A DNA stretch of 64,000 nucleotides, from contig CALODY010000003.1 of the NCBI GenBank assembly GCA_942492215.1, positions 150,110 through 214,109 of the forward strand, in the 5' to 3' direction. This DNA comes from Pirellulaceae bacterium (GTDB taxonomy: Bacteria; Planctomycetota; Planctomycetia; Pirellulales; Pirellulaceae). Of this stretch, positions 52,102 through 62,056 are shown one piece after another (positions within the stretch are counted from its first letter, which is position 1; every line of letters starts with the position of its first letter). Both the position numbers and the translations under genes were made by a program. The notes under the pieces were generated by a model. It ran no database searches. It saw only the letters and a program-made list of their open reading frames with translations, and was not told the DNA's origin.

Positions 52102-52522
52102 GCTGCAGGCTCCATTGACTCGCGACGAGCAGCGTCCTTTGGCGCATGATCGCGTGGGGATTTACCTTCGTCCGCGACCTGAGAGCTGCACAAGATCGTC
52201 GCCGCCGACTCGTGGTCGACCTGCCCACTGTCATGCTCTGGCCGATGACTAACGATCTCAAAAACCTGAGCTAGCAATTCGCGTTCGATGCGAGTTGGTT
52301 CGTAATGCCTAATGACAGCAAATCGATCGATGTCCTTCTGAGAATCTGTTGCAGTTTCCATGAACGACCTCCTCCTTGAGAATTGCATGTGGCTTGTAAG
52401 GCGTTGCGCACCAATTGTTTATGGCGTTTTCCAGCCTTCGCCATAGCCTGCCCGCAACTGATTTCGCTTAATGATTCTATCCATCAAGCCGCCACTGTTT
52501 GCAATATCGTTGGAGGCGCGAT
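50442..52522 (-). mobile_element. Serine-recombinase element B (about 2.08 kb) inserted in the RT PQGGPISP motif
   Basis: GAT core at both ends; inverted ends cgcgcctccaac / gttggaggcgcg; removal restores GGPISPLLSN. Confidence 0.88.
52098..52388 (-). CDS. Small protein coupled to the element B recombinase (candidate accessory factor)
   Basis: YEPTRIERELLAQVFEIV; GGAGG RBS before ATG at 52361; ATGA overlap with recombinase. Confidence 0.6.
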   Translation of the reverse strand: MQFSRRRSFMETATDSQKDIDRFAVIRHYEPTRIERELLAQVFEIVSHRPEHDSGQVDHESAATILCSSQVADEGKSPRDHAPKDAARRESMEPAA

Positions 52523-52863
52523 GGGGCCTCCTTGCGGGGTCCCTTCACTTCGCGGACTGGTCACGCCGCCTTCCATGATCCCGGCTTGCAGGAAGACACG
52601 AATCAGTTTGAGGATGCGTTTGTCTTTGACCCGACGAGCCACGCGGCTCATCAGCACGTCGTGGTTGACGCGGTCAAAGAACTTTTCCAAGTCCATATCG
52701 ACGACCCAGCGATAACCCTCTGCGACATGCTCTTGGGCTCGATCCAGTGCTTGATGGGCACTGCGTCCCGGACGAAAGCCGAAGCTGGCGTCCGAGAACG
52801 TCGGATCGTAGAGCGGACTGAGCACTTGCAGCAGAGCCTGCTGAATCAGTCGGTCGAGTACTG

Positions 52864-53169
52864 TTGGGACGATACCGGGTAACAGCACATCAGTGCAGCG
52901 CGCCTTCGGGTTCGGTTACGATCACACATCCGTTTCATCCGTTGACCGGGAAACAATTCCCGGTCCTGAAATCCCGTCTCCTGCGGGGCGTCGAGTGCCT
53001 GGTACTCAAAGGTTCGGAGTCCGGAACCTTCGCCATGCCGAGAGAATGGACCGATCTGGCACATCCCGATGACTACCGCGATGCAGATGTGGAACCTTGC
53101 ATCTTCAAACTGGAGAAACTGATCGCGATTACCGAACTTGTCAAATCCATATTAGAGAAACGAGATTGA
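52864..53169 (+). CDS. DUF5372 (Y4bD/Y4pK)-like small protein whose ATG is separated from it in the integrated state
   Basis: VTITHPFHPLTG...PREWTDL motif; frame is open back to the element end. Confidence 0.7.
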   Translation: MGRYRVTAHQCSAPSGSVTITHPFHPLTGKQFPVLKSRLLRGVECLVLKGSESGTFAMPREWTDLAHPDDYRDADVEPCIFKLEKLIAITELVKSILEKRD

Positions 53170-53480
53170 CTTGTGAAACGCATAAACATTCTATTGCCTG
53201 AATTCTCATGCGGTTTGTGTCCAGCCTCGTCGTTGTTGCGCGGCATGGAAACTCAAGGCGTCGATTTGCTGGTCATTGACGCGCGGCAGAATTCGACGCA
53301 ACGGCCCGCGCCGCGAGGCAATGCACGGAGGAGTTGTGATGCCTTCTTCAGCATCAAACGATCTGCAGACGCGTTGCGATACGGACCAACTCGCCACGCT
53401 GATCGCCAACATGATCGAGGATCATTTGCGAACATTGACCGTTTCACTGCCGGCTTCCGGCCCCCAGCAGGAGACCAACG

Positions 53481-55532
53481 ATGACGACCGAGAAAATCAC
53501 GTCGACGCACCTCAACAAGACCGCCTTTGTTTACATTCGTCAGTCCAGCATGGGACAGGTTCGCAATCACCGTGAAAGTACTGAGCGTCAATATGCACTA
53601 CAGGAGACGGCTCGATCATTCGGCTGGCAGGTCCATCGCATCAAAGTGCTCGACGGCGATCTGGGACGCTCCGGTGCTTCGACAACCGATCGCGTCGATT
53701 TCAAAACGCTTGTCACCGAAGTGTCGCTGGGCAACGCGGGCGCGGTTCTTGCGCTGGAGGCATCACGCCTGGCAAGGTCCAGTGTCGACTGGCATCGTCT
53801 GATCGAGATCTGCGGGATCGCCGGAACGATCCTCATCGACGAAGATGGCTGTTACGATCCGAGCGACTTCAACGACGGTCTGCTGCTGGGCCTCAAGGGA
53901 ACGATGGCGCAGGCCGAACTGCACTTCATCCACAGCCGCTTGCAGGGTGGCAAACTGAACAAGGCGCGAAAGGGCGAGTTGCGGTTTCCATTGCCTGTCG
54001 GGTACGTCTTTGACGACGCCGATCGAATCGTCAAAGACCCCGACCAACAGGTGCGCAGCGCGATCGAACTGGTCTTTACGGCGTTTGCCCAAACTGGTTC
54101 GGCGTATGGCGTGGTACACAGTTTTGCCGGGAAAAAGCTGCTTTTTCCCAAACGCAGCTACGGCGGGGCGTGGGCCGGAAAATTGCAATGGGGACGCTTG
54201 ACCGACAGCCGCGTTCTGGCGATTCTGAGGAACCCGTCGTACGCTGGCGTTTACGCGTTCGGTCGTTATCGCTGTGTCAAGGAAATACTCGACAACGGCG
54301 AAGTGCGTTCACGTATTGCCCACATGCCTCGCGAAGACTGGCTGGTGGAAATTCGTGATCATCACGAAGGCTACACGTCGCTGGAACAGCATTTGAAAAA
54401 CCTGGACCGACTTGAAAAAAATCGAACGAATCCAAAGGAGGCTGTTTTGAGTGGACCGGCTCGTGAAGGTCTGGCCCTGTTGCAGGGGCTGTTGATCTGC
54501 GGCTACTGCGGTCGCCGACTGTCATCGCGGTATCGGGGTAACGGCGGTATCTATCCAATCTACGAATGCAACTGGCGGAAACGTGAAGGACTGTCGCGAA
54601 AGTCATGCATGACAATTTCATGTGGTCCTCTGGATCGCGCCATCGAACAACGAATCTGGCAGGTCCTGGACGACGAACAACTGGGCCTTGCCCTGGAAGC
54701 GTACGACATCGTGATGCGGCGTCAGCAACAAATCAGCACGCAGTGGAAGTTGCGACTGCAACGCGCGGAGTACGAATCGGATCTGGCTCAGAGACGATAC
54801 GAAGAAGTCGATCCGGCGAACCGACTGGTTGCAGCGACTCTGGAACAACGCTGGAACGACGCCTTGATGGAGCTGCAGGATGTCCGCGATCAGATCGCTG
54901 AACAGCAGCAGCGTCAGTTCACAGTCACGCCGCAGCAACGCGAGGACGTGCTGAAGCTGGCTGGCAATCTGCCGCGACTCTGGAACAGTAGCAGCACCTC
55001 GTCGAAAGACAAGAAACGAATTCTTCAGCTGCTGATCCAAGACATTACTGTTGAAAAGCGACAACAGAGTGTGGCGACCCTGCACATTCGCTGGCAGGGC
55101 GGACTGACCGAGGATGTCCAAGTTGAACTGCCGCTTCGTTCGTCGGACCGCTGGCGTCACAGCGACGAACTGGTGCAGCGCGTGCGTGAGCTTGCCCGGA
55201 CACTTTCCGACCAAGAGATCGCGACCCAACTCAACGAGGAAGGACTTAAGAGCAACAAGGGAAACCCGTTTACTCGTTCAAGTATTTCGTGGATCAGGCA
55301 CAAGCACGCGATTGCTCCGGTCGATAAGAAAAAGCAGGGGGAGCTGACCGTGAAAGAAGTGGCTGGGCGGTTTGGAGTCAGCCACGGTGTGGTTTACGAC
55401 TGGATTGCCCAGAAACTGATACCGGCCCGTCGGCTGAACCACGGCTCGCCCTACTGGATCACGATCAGTCCCGAGACCGAAAAAGCCCTAAAAAAACGAG
55501 TGTCCGAGACAAATCGTATCAAAGCCCGTTAA
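53481..55532 (+). CDS. Large serine recombinase of element A (Y4bA-like) with C-terminal HTH
   Basis: KITSTHLNKTAFVYIRQSS, DLGRSG, EASRLAR, LPVGY, CGYCG, YEEVDPANRLVAATLE. Confidence 0.93.
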   Translation: MTTEKITSTHLNKTAFVYIRQSSMGQVRNHRESTERQYALQETARSFGWQVHRIKVLDGDLGRSGASTTDRVDFKTLVTEVSLGNAGAVLALEASRLARSSVDWHRLIEICGIAGTILIDEDGCYDPSDFNDGLLLGLKGTMAQAELHFIHSRLQGGKLNKARKGELRFPLPVGYVFDDADRIVKDPDQQVRSAIELVFTAFAQTGSAYGVVHSFAGKKLLFPKRSYGGAWAGKLQWGRLTDSRVLAILRNPSYAGVYAFGRYRCVKEILDNGEVRSRIAHMPREDWLVEIRDHHEGYTSLEQHLKNLDRLEKNRTNPKEAVLSGPAREGLALLQGLLICGYCGRRLSSRYRGNGGIYPIYECNWRKREGLSRKSCMTISCGPLDRAIEQRIWQVLDDEQLGLALEAYDIVMRRQQQISTQWKLRLQRAEYESDLAQRRYEEVDPANRLVAATLEQRWNDALMELQDVRDQIAEQQQRQFTVTPQQREDVLKLAGNLPRLWNSSSTSSKDKKRILQLLIQDITVEKRQQSVATLHIRWQGGLTEDVQVELPLRSSDRWRHSDELVQRVRELARTLSDQEIATQLNEEGLKSNKGNPFTRSSISWIRHKHAIAPVDKKKQGELTVKEVAGRFGVSHGVVYDWIAQKLIPARRLNHGSPYWITISPETEKALKKRVSETNRIKAR

Positions 55533-56512
55533 ATTGTTCTGTCATAAACCCTAACGCTAATTGTAGAGAGTGCAGTATGCCGCCAACGTCGGGATGCCCA
55601 GCATTCGCTTACCACCGCCGGGCTTTGGTATCTCTACCTTTCGCACCGGCTGCGGTTTGTACGTTCCGCTGAGCAGTTTCTCCCGGATGGCTTCCCACTG
55701 GTCCACGGCCAGATTCCACAAGTCGTCAACGGTTTGACCATCGACTCCCGGGGCTCCGCCGTTTTGCAGGACTCGCTCGTGAGCAGCCAGCATGTTCTCG
55801 CGACTTAACACCTCCTCCATGGTTACTTCAAACGGTTGTCGGTTGGGGTCATCACATGCCTTGTCCGAAGTTCGCGCGTGCGGCGTACCCTCGACCGTTC
55901 CGCGGTCTACTCTCGGCCGTCGCCCGGACATTCCAGCCTGACTTCTGCGATTATCGGACATCGAATGCTCTGCAACTAACAGTTAAACAGTTCGGCCCTT
56001 GGTCGACACGGACTGGCTTGCGACAAGCAAACCGTCCGCGGTTAAGCGTCGACTTACTATGGCCTCGGCTGACTTCTGCCGCGACAGACGACTCCTCTCG
56101 AAGTCGCTTGCTTGCCCGGAAGTATCCTCGAACAGGCATCGTGACAGATCTCTCAGGGTAAGACACGTGACTTTCCTCCCATAAACCCGCCGCATATACG
56201 CCGTCTCGATCCGGATGTCATTGGACTTCGAGTCTATTGGCCCTCTCGTCCATCGAGACAACGCCTCGTATGCGATTCGTGTTCCTCGGGCCGGGAGTTT
56301 GCCTACCGCTTCCTTCAGATTCCACCTCGCGGTGGACACCCTTGCGGTTCGGCTAGAAGTTCCTGACATCAAGGCCTCCATCGGGACTTACACCCAACAA
56401 GTCACTTGCTGGTTCGCTTTCGCTCCCCAGTTATCAAGCGTCCGCCAAGACGCTTCGCGTCATGCCTGACGCACCAACAAGAAACCACGGCAAAACGCCG
56501 TGTTTCTGAGGG

Positions 56513-56576
56513 TGTAAGTTTCTCTCATACGTTCCCTGATACGGTCGTGTACGGCAAGACATGAGAGAAACTTACA
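56513..56576. repeat. Perfect 16-bp inverted repeat with 32-bp spacer
   Basis: tgtaagtttctctcat ... atgagagaaacttaca. Confidence 0.85.
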
Positions 56577-56707
56577 ATCGTTGATACTGTCAGGTCAGCT
56601 TTTGGCCCGATGGCGACTCTGCTTGCAGGAGCCAAAAGAAAATCACAGGAACAATGTTCTATGCAATTTTTTGTACACCGTTGTTCTATGCCTGACACGA
56701 AGAATCA

Positions 56708-57230
56708 TTATCGCCAGTCGCCTGAGAGCACAGAGGCAGCCCAGTAGCGGGGATGAGCCATTGTTTCGGAAATATTCTCAGCTGGCTTTTGAGGCTGGGA
56801 CTTCTGGATGTCTCTTAAAGGTGTCTCGTCATCGATGCCCCGGGTAAGCTGGGCCAGTTCGGTTGGCTTGAGGTTTCGCAGCATCCACAGCTGCGCGTCG
56901 CGCAGGGCGTCGATACGGACAGTGGTGGAATTATCAATTTTGCCGTCGGCCTTGGCTTTCTCGCTGTCCGCGATCAGGTTCTCGTAGAATTTGTTCATCA
57001 GCATTTGCGTGGCGGCGGCGTTGACTTTCCAATAACTGGCGACCGTCGATTTGACTCCCGCCACCTGGAAAGCTCGCTGAATTCCGATCAAGCCCTCGCC
57101 CGGTGTATCATCTGCCCCCAAACTCGTTTCGCAGGCCGAGAGGACCGCCAGTTCGACATGCTCCATCGGCAGCATCGCGATCTCGCCCGAGCATAGTATC
57201 CCGTCATCCTCGGCGTCGATGCTGTTTCTT
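56708..57230 (-). pseudogene. CHAT (caspase-like) domain C-terminal fragment
   Basis: DDGIL, VLSACETSLG, GEGLIGIQRAF, HPRYWAA; N-terminus missing. Confidence 0.8.
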
Positions 57231-57269
57231 TCATTGCCTGATCGATTGCCGGGCTAGCGGAATTATCTG

Positions 57270-57713
57270 CTATTGGTCACCAGGTGTAAGTAACTTTCTT
57301 AGCAGCGGTGGAGAATCACATTTCGTGTCGACTTGGCCTGCCGTGAGAATGGAGGTTGGCAAGCGATCTTCGCTTTTGGGAAGTTCGATATTCTTGGTCG
57401 GATCGACTTCGATGAAGGCTTGCACCTTCATCCAGTTGAACCAGCGACGAATCGGAATCAGGTAATGCGCCTGAGTGTCGAAGGTCAATGGCGCGCTGGT
57501 TTTCGGATTGCGATAGTGAAACAGACTTCGTCTGTAGCCCGCAACATGTTCTGCGTTGATTTCAGACATGCACTCAATGCTGCGCTCATCGCACCAGTTG
57601 ATAAAGCGGTTAAGAATGTACTTCCAGGCTTGAATCGTGCGTTCGCTGCAGTTGCGCATCCGCATCGTTTGCAGGAACTGGTGAGTCAGGATTTTGGGCT
57701 GAGGTAAATTCAT
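57270..57713 (-). pseudogene. XerC/D-like tyrosine recombinase, truncated (unit 1)
   Basis: Highly similar to the N-terminal half of 62057-63048; similarity ends after ILTAGQV. Confidence 0.85.
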
Positions 57714-57999
57714 TTTCAGTTTCCTTGTTGGTTGTGTCAGCCCGCACGGCGCATACCGGTAGCGCGAACTGAACAGGGGTAAAAAGAACGACCCGAGAAT
57801 CGGGCCGTGAAGAACTTGGTTTTTAAGAGGTGCTTGTCCTTAAACCGGGCAAGCTGACGTTTCACGCTCGTTTTGAACGTAAGCAGATGGTCTATCTGGA
57901 TTTAGAAAGAACCAGCCGTTTTGACGACTGCCTGACGACAGGCTGACGACTGCTTGTCGTTTCGCCCGCGTCGCCTGTCGGTTTGTCGTTAAGGTCAGT

Positions 58000-59594
58000 C
58001 TATCTTTTCTGCTTTAGCTTTGACGGATCGGCCAGACCGAGCAGGAACGACTGGCCTTCGCGACCCTGTCCGTCATACAGCAGTTCGTATTCTTTAGCGT
58101 TGCCATGTCCAGTTCGATGGGCCAACACGTATTCCAACCCAATTAACCGCGTCAGGTGATGGCGAACCTGACGATCACTCCAGGCGAAAGACTCACGCAG
58201 CTGACGCTGCGTGAACCGCACCAGGTTACGGCTCAGTTTTTGAGTCTTTGATTGTTGGTTGACCAGGTTGTCGATCAACACGAGCAGTTGTCGCGTTTGT
58301 GGCAGCAGATCGTCAAGTGATTGTCCCATCACATCGCTGATTAACTTGTTGGCCAGCCGAACATCTGCGACGGTTGCTTCGATCGCGATGTTGCCATTCC
58401 CAGGTCGATGACTTTGCGCTGATGTTGGTGCAGCAGCGTAATGGATGCGATTAACGATAAGTATTTGGCGTTGTCACGCCGCATGCGGGTTTGATCGTGT
58501 CGAAACGTAAGCTGCTGCGCCCAGGGCATGATGACGGGAAGCGGTGCGAGTAAACGCTGCGCGTTTTGATGCAGGTCCCGGATCGCATCCGGGCTCCGTT
58601 TGCTCTTGCTTCGCAAGTAACTGATGCGCTGTCGGTGGTGGATCTCCGCCGTTTGATCAGACGACTCGTTGACACGAAGTGTGATACAGCGGTTTTGAAG
58701 TTCGGGATCGGGATGTTCGCTGGTTGTGGTCAGGAACATCATCACGGGGCCTTCGACCGTGTACGTGTCGGTCGATTGACGACCGTTGCCGCTGTTCTTG
58801 CCCACGGCAGCAATGGTAAGCTGGCCGTCGCTTTGAAGCAGTTTCAAGGCGTAGCTGGCCTGCGCCACGCCTTCTTCTTCGCTGATGGCCAGGATCTTGT
58901 GCTTCATGTTTTGCTGGCCCATGTAATACAGTGATTGGCCGGTCATCGCGCTGTAACGGATCTGTTCTTCGTCCGGCATGAACGATAAAGCGGCGTCCAT
59001 CAGGGTTGTCTTGCCGGCGGCGCTGACACTTTGAATCAACAGTGCCAACGGGTTATCCAACCTGCGTGAGACGCAGGCCAGATAACAGACCAGTTTGTTG
59101 GTCTCTTCCCCGGCCAGTCCGCACTGGTCGAAGTCTGCGAGGATGCGGTCAATCAGCTGCGGGTCTTTAAGCAGTTTCATGGCGGCGCGTTTTTCACTGG
59201 CCGTCAGTTCGACTGGTTTGACGGATTGCGTTGCTGCATCGATCCGCTCGTGTTGAAGCTGTTCGAGCTGGAGCAACATCGTGCCGATGTCACGCTTGAT
59301 AATCTCGTTGTCGGTGAACAACTCGGTTGCCGTGGCTTTGATAAACGAGTTGCGACTTCTGGCTTTGTAAAGATCGAGCGTGTCGAGATGAACCAGTTCA
59401 TCCCGCGCTACCAGGATGTTGACTTTCAGTTGTTGCTAACTGTTGTTGCGCTCAAGTCCGCGAATGCGATAACGGCGTTGACCGTCAATGGAGAGATGAA
59501 CTTCATCGCCAATCGTATCCAGTACGACATCGGTTTTTGAATTGGTTGGCTTGACTGATTGAGCGCGGACCGATTGCGCAAGTGGTTTGTTCAT
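58000..59594 (-). pseudogene. Mobile-element primase-associated ATPase/helicase (unit 1), internal stop and frameshift
   Basis: RRYRIRGL, IQSVSAAGKT Walker A, SAMTGQSLYY, RMRRDN, C-terminal winged-helix-like YELLYDG. Confidence 0.75.
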
Positions 59595-60687
59595 CGTTGT
59601 CCTTCGAGTTGGAGAGCGTTAACCGACCGAGCCGCTACGGTTGTTGCGTGTCATTCGATTAAAGAACTGGAGACGTCAATCGTGGTGCAAGTCGACTTCT
59701 TAAACAGACACTTTTGATAAGTACCATGACGCGGCAATCTCCCTGCGCTGTCAAGCGTTTTTCGCGCTATTATCTTTCACGTTTCTAACATTGAACCGAT
59801 GAATGTTAAGCTGTGCGGGCTGAACTGAGTGCGATCACGATCGGGCTGAACAACCAAAGGGAATCGTTTCTTACCTTTCCGCCATCTCGCAATTGCCTTT
59901 GACTGTGCAAGGCAATCGCGTGACGGCTGGCGGCCGAAGGGAATCAATGGCTATGGGTTGAAGACTGCACACGGCTGGCGCCAGGGACTACGGGCCCTCT
60001 GCGGACGGAAGTCTCCGCCGCCTTGCCAGAGCGCTGAGGGGTTGCGCTGCCTCGATAAGTGTGTAAGGCTCAGCCATAAATGCGACCGGCCGTCCATGGC
60101 CTCGGACGACGGCGGTCAACGGGCAGCGTTTTCCCTTGGCAAAGCTATTCCTTGAATTGAATTCCATTGACGTTGGAAGACTCGCGCGAAGTGCAGCCCG
60201 TTTCGACGCTCCGGCCTTCGCGGCTGGAACCATTACCCGTTCGAATCCTTTGACGTGCGTTAATCTGATTTGCTTCGGTCGCGTGTTCTCGTGGTGCGCG
60301 CCGCGTCCGTGGCCTCCGCTGCGCCTTTCGTTACGGCCCGGTTGCTCGTACCTCGCAATCCTTCGTTTATGCCATCCCTGGCAACACTCAGGACGCCATC
60401 CTGGCGCCGGGCCTGTCATAACGGCGAACGTCCATGTGTCGCCGGGAAGTTTGTTCCATTGATCAACCGATGGCAACGAGGGGTTGGCACTTCAAGCTGC
60501 CTTCCGCTGCCGCCAGTGGCCAGGCGTAATTTGATTTCGCCGCGAATGGAGATCACTCAATAGCAACGATCCCCGCGCGGCGATGAAGTTTGAACTACGT
60601 TCCAATAAAAATGCCCGCATGATTCCATCAGCGTTTTCACTGACAGAACATGCGGGCAATGGATTGCCTTGGTTTTATGGTTGCCGC

Positions 60688-61170
60688 TCAATCGCTTCCG
60701 TTTGTTTTGCCCTCTCCGAATTTGCGTACGGAATTGATTAGCCGTGCTACCGTTTCCTCATCGTCGCTCGTCGCTAAGAACATTCCGCCTGGTAGAGCAG
60801 CCGCACCCTGAGACCAAAGATCAATCCCAATTACCGGGAAACTATTTTCCGAGCAATAATTGATTGAAACTCTCGTGCGAGAATCGTGACTTTCAAAAAC
60901 CTCGCTTTCATATTTAACGACACGCGTCAACACAGCTATGCAGTCCGCACCAAGATCCTGTTTGCTTATCTTCACAGAGGACAAGGTATTTTGAAGTGTC
61001 AAAATCGCTTCTTCTAGGCCATCAATTGTAATTAGCTGACTTGAAATTGATTCTTGTTGGATAGGGACAAGTGAAAACTCCTCCATCAATTCTCTAAAAA
61101 AATGCGCGTAAATGTCGCAGTTTCTCTTGCTCGTGTAGAAAAAAGAAGTCCTACGGTTCATTCGTCCCAC
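60688..61170 (-). CDS. Putative immunity protein
   Basis: Visibly AT-richer 160-aa ORF directly downstream of the RHS toxin tip; role inferred from position. Confidence 0.5.
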   Translation of the reverse strand: MGRMNRRTSFFYTSKRNCDIYAHFFRELMEEFSLVPIQQESISSQLITIDGLEEAILTLQNTLSSVKISKQDLGADCIAVLTRVVKYESEVFESHDSRTRVSINYCSENSFPVIGIDLWSQGAAALPGGMFLATSDDEETVARLINSVRKFGEGKTNGSD

Positions 61171-61247
61171 CTATCGGTTTTCTTTAATTTCGCACGCCAA
61201 CATTTGCATAGTCGGCTTCCCTTTGACATCACTTGTTGGTTTCCGCC

Positions 61248-61820
61248 TTAATTGCATTTGCCAGCAAAACAGCCACAAATATCCATGCCTCCTAATGTTT
61301 TTTCCCATTGGCAAGATCTCGTACCGGACTGCCCGCAAGGTTTGCCCGAGTCGCAATCCGCGAACGAGCATTGATCGCTGCCATCACTCTCACGACAGCA
61401 ATAGTATGTTGTTGCTGCAATACCACCGACAACAACATAACAAACCCATTTCGGAGGAACAAAATCACTCAGATCTGGAACAAAAACATCAGTTGTGATG
61501 AAAGCACATACGCCTCCCGCAACCAGGACAGTTCCACTTTCATCGCTAGGTAGTCCGTTCAAACATTTGTCATACTTTCTATCACATCCACGATGACAAC
61601 CGATAAACATGTCAACGTTTTTGAACCGGACGCAACCCTTTATGCAGCCGCGTTTTTCGGCCCAACATTTCTCCTGGCCAATCTCCTGGCCAGTAGGGTC
61701 GACAATGTTCGGCACGAAGTAGGCCCGATAGAATGACATTCCGTCTACGAAGCCGAGCGGATCGCGGCTGATGAAACGGCCTAACTGTGCCGAATAAATT
61801 CTGGCCCGTTTATAGCGCAG
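61248..61820 (-). CDS. Orphan RHS core remnant plus Cys-rich C-terminal toxin domain
   Basis: RARIYSAQLGRFISRDPLGFVDGMSFYRAYFVPNIVDPTG, then a variable Cys-rich tail; start uncertain. Confidence 0.8.
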   Translation of the reverse strand: MRYKRARIYSAQLGRFISRDPLGFVDGMSFYRAYFVPNIVDPTGQEIGQEKCWAEKRGCIKGCVRFKNVDMFIGCHRGCDRKYDKCLNGLPSDESGTVLVAGGVCAFITTDVFVPDLSDFVPPKWVCYVVVGGIAATTYYCCRESDGSDQCSFADCDSGKPCGQSGTRSCQWEKTLGGMDICGCFAGKCN

Positions 61821-62056
61821 TAAGGGTTTTTGATTTTGAATTTGTTTTGAGGTCGTGTTTCTTCGGATGAAACGCGGCTTGCCAGGCAGGCGTTTGGGGG
61901 CGGTCGAATTTTTTCAGGGTGGTGACCACTTTTGAGATTTTTTCCCACGCGCGCGATGAGTCGTTTGACGAGTTGTTTTATTGTAGATGATCGGGACGGC
62001 AGAAAGGAGTGAGATTCGATCGAGAATCGACCGAATCTCACTCGGTGGGGAACGAC

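Larger units (their letters stand above)
52863..55589 (+). mobile_element. Serine-recombinase element A (about 2.72 kb) inserted in the RT GIPT-VLDR motif
   Basis: GT core at 52863-52864 and 55588-55589; removal restores LGIPTVLDRLIQQA. Confidence 0.88.
49767..55961 (-). pseudogene. ltrA: Group II intron reverse transcriptase/maturase split into three segments, plus an in-frame TGA at 50232
   Basis: GAPGVDG...RMLGIPT (55961-55587); VLDRLIQQA...DLEKFFD...GTPQGGPI (52861-52520); SPLLSNI...RYADD...KFLGY...IRRKLR (50441-49767). Confidence 0.93.
49691..56474 (-). mobile_element. Class IIC group II intron carrying two nested insertions
   Basis: 5' GTGCG at 56474; 3' domain V/VI aaccgccgtatacggaaccgttcgtacggtggtgtgggagg...cctacccgat ending at 49691; inserted just downstream of a stem-loop (56481-56506). 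Confidence 0.92.

Noticed and set aside
49767-55961. Retron, DGR or defence-associated RT with recombinase partners
   Set aside because: Group II intron 5' GTGCG and domain V/VI flank the RT, and the recombinases are insertions in it
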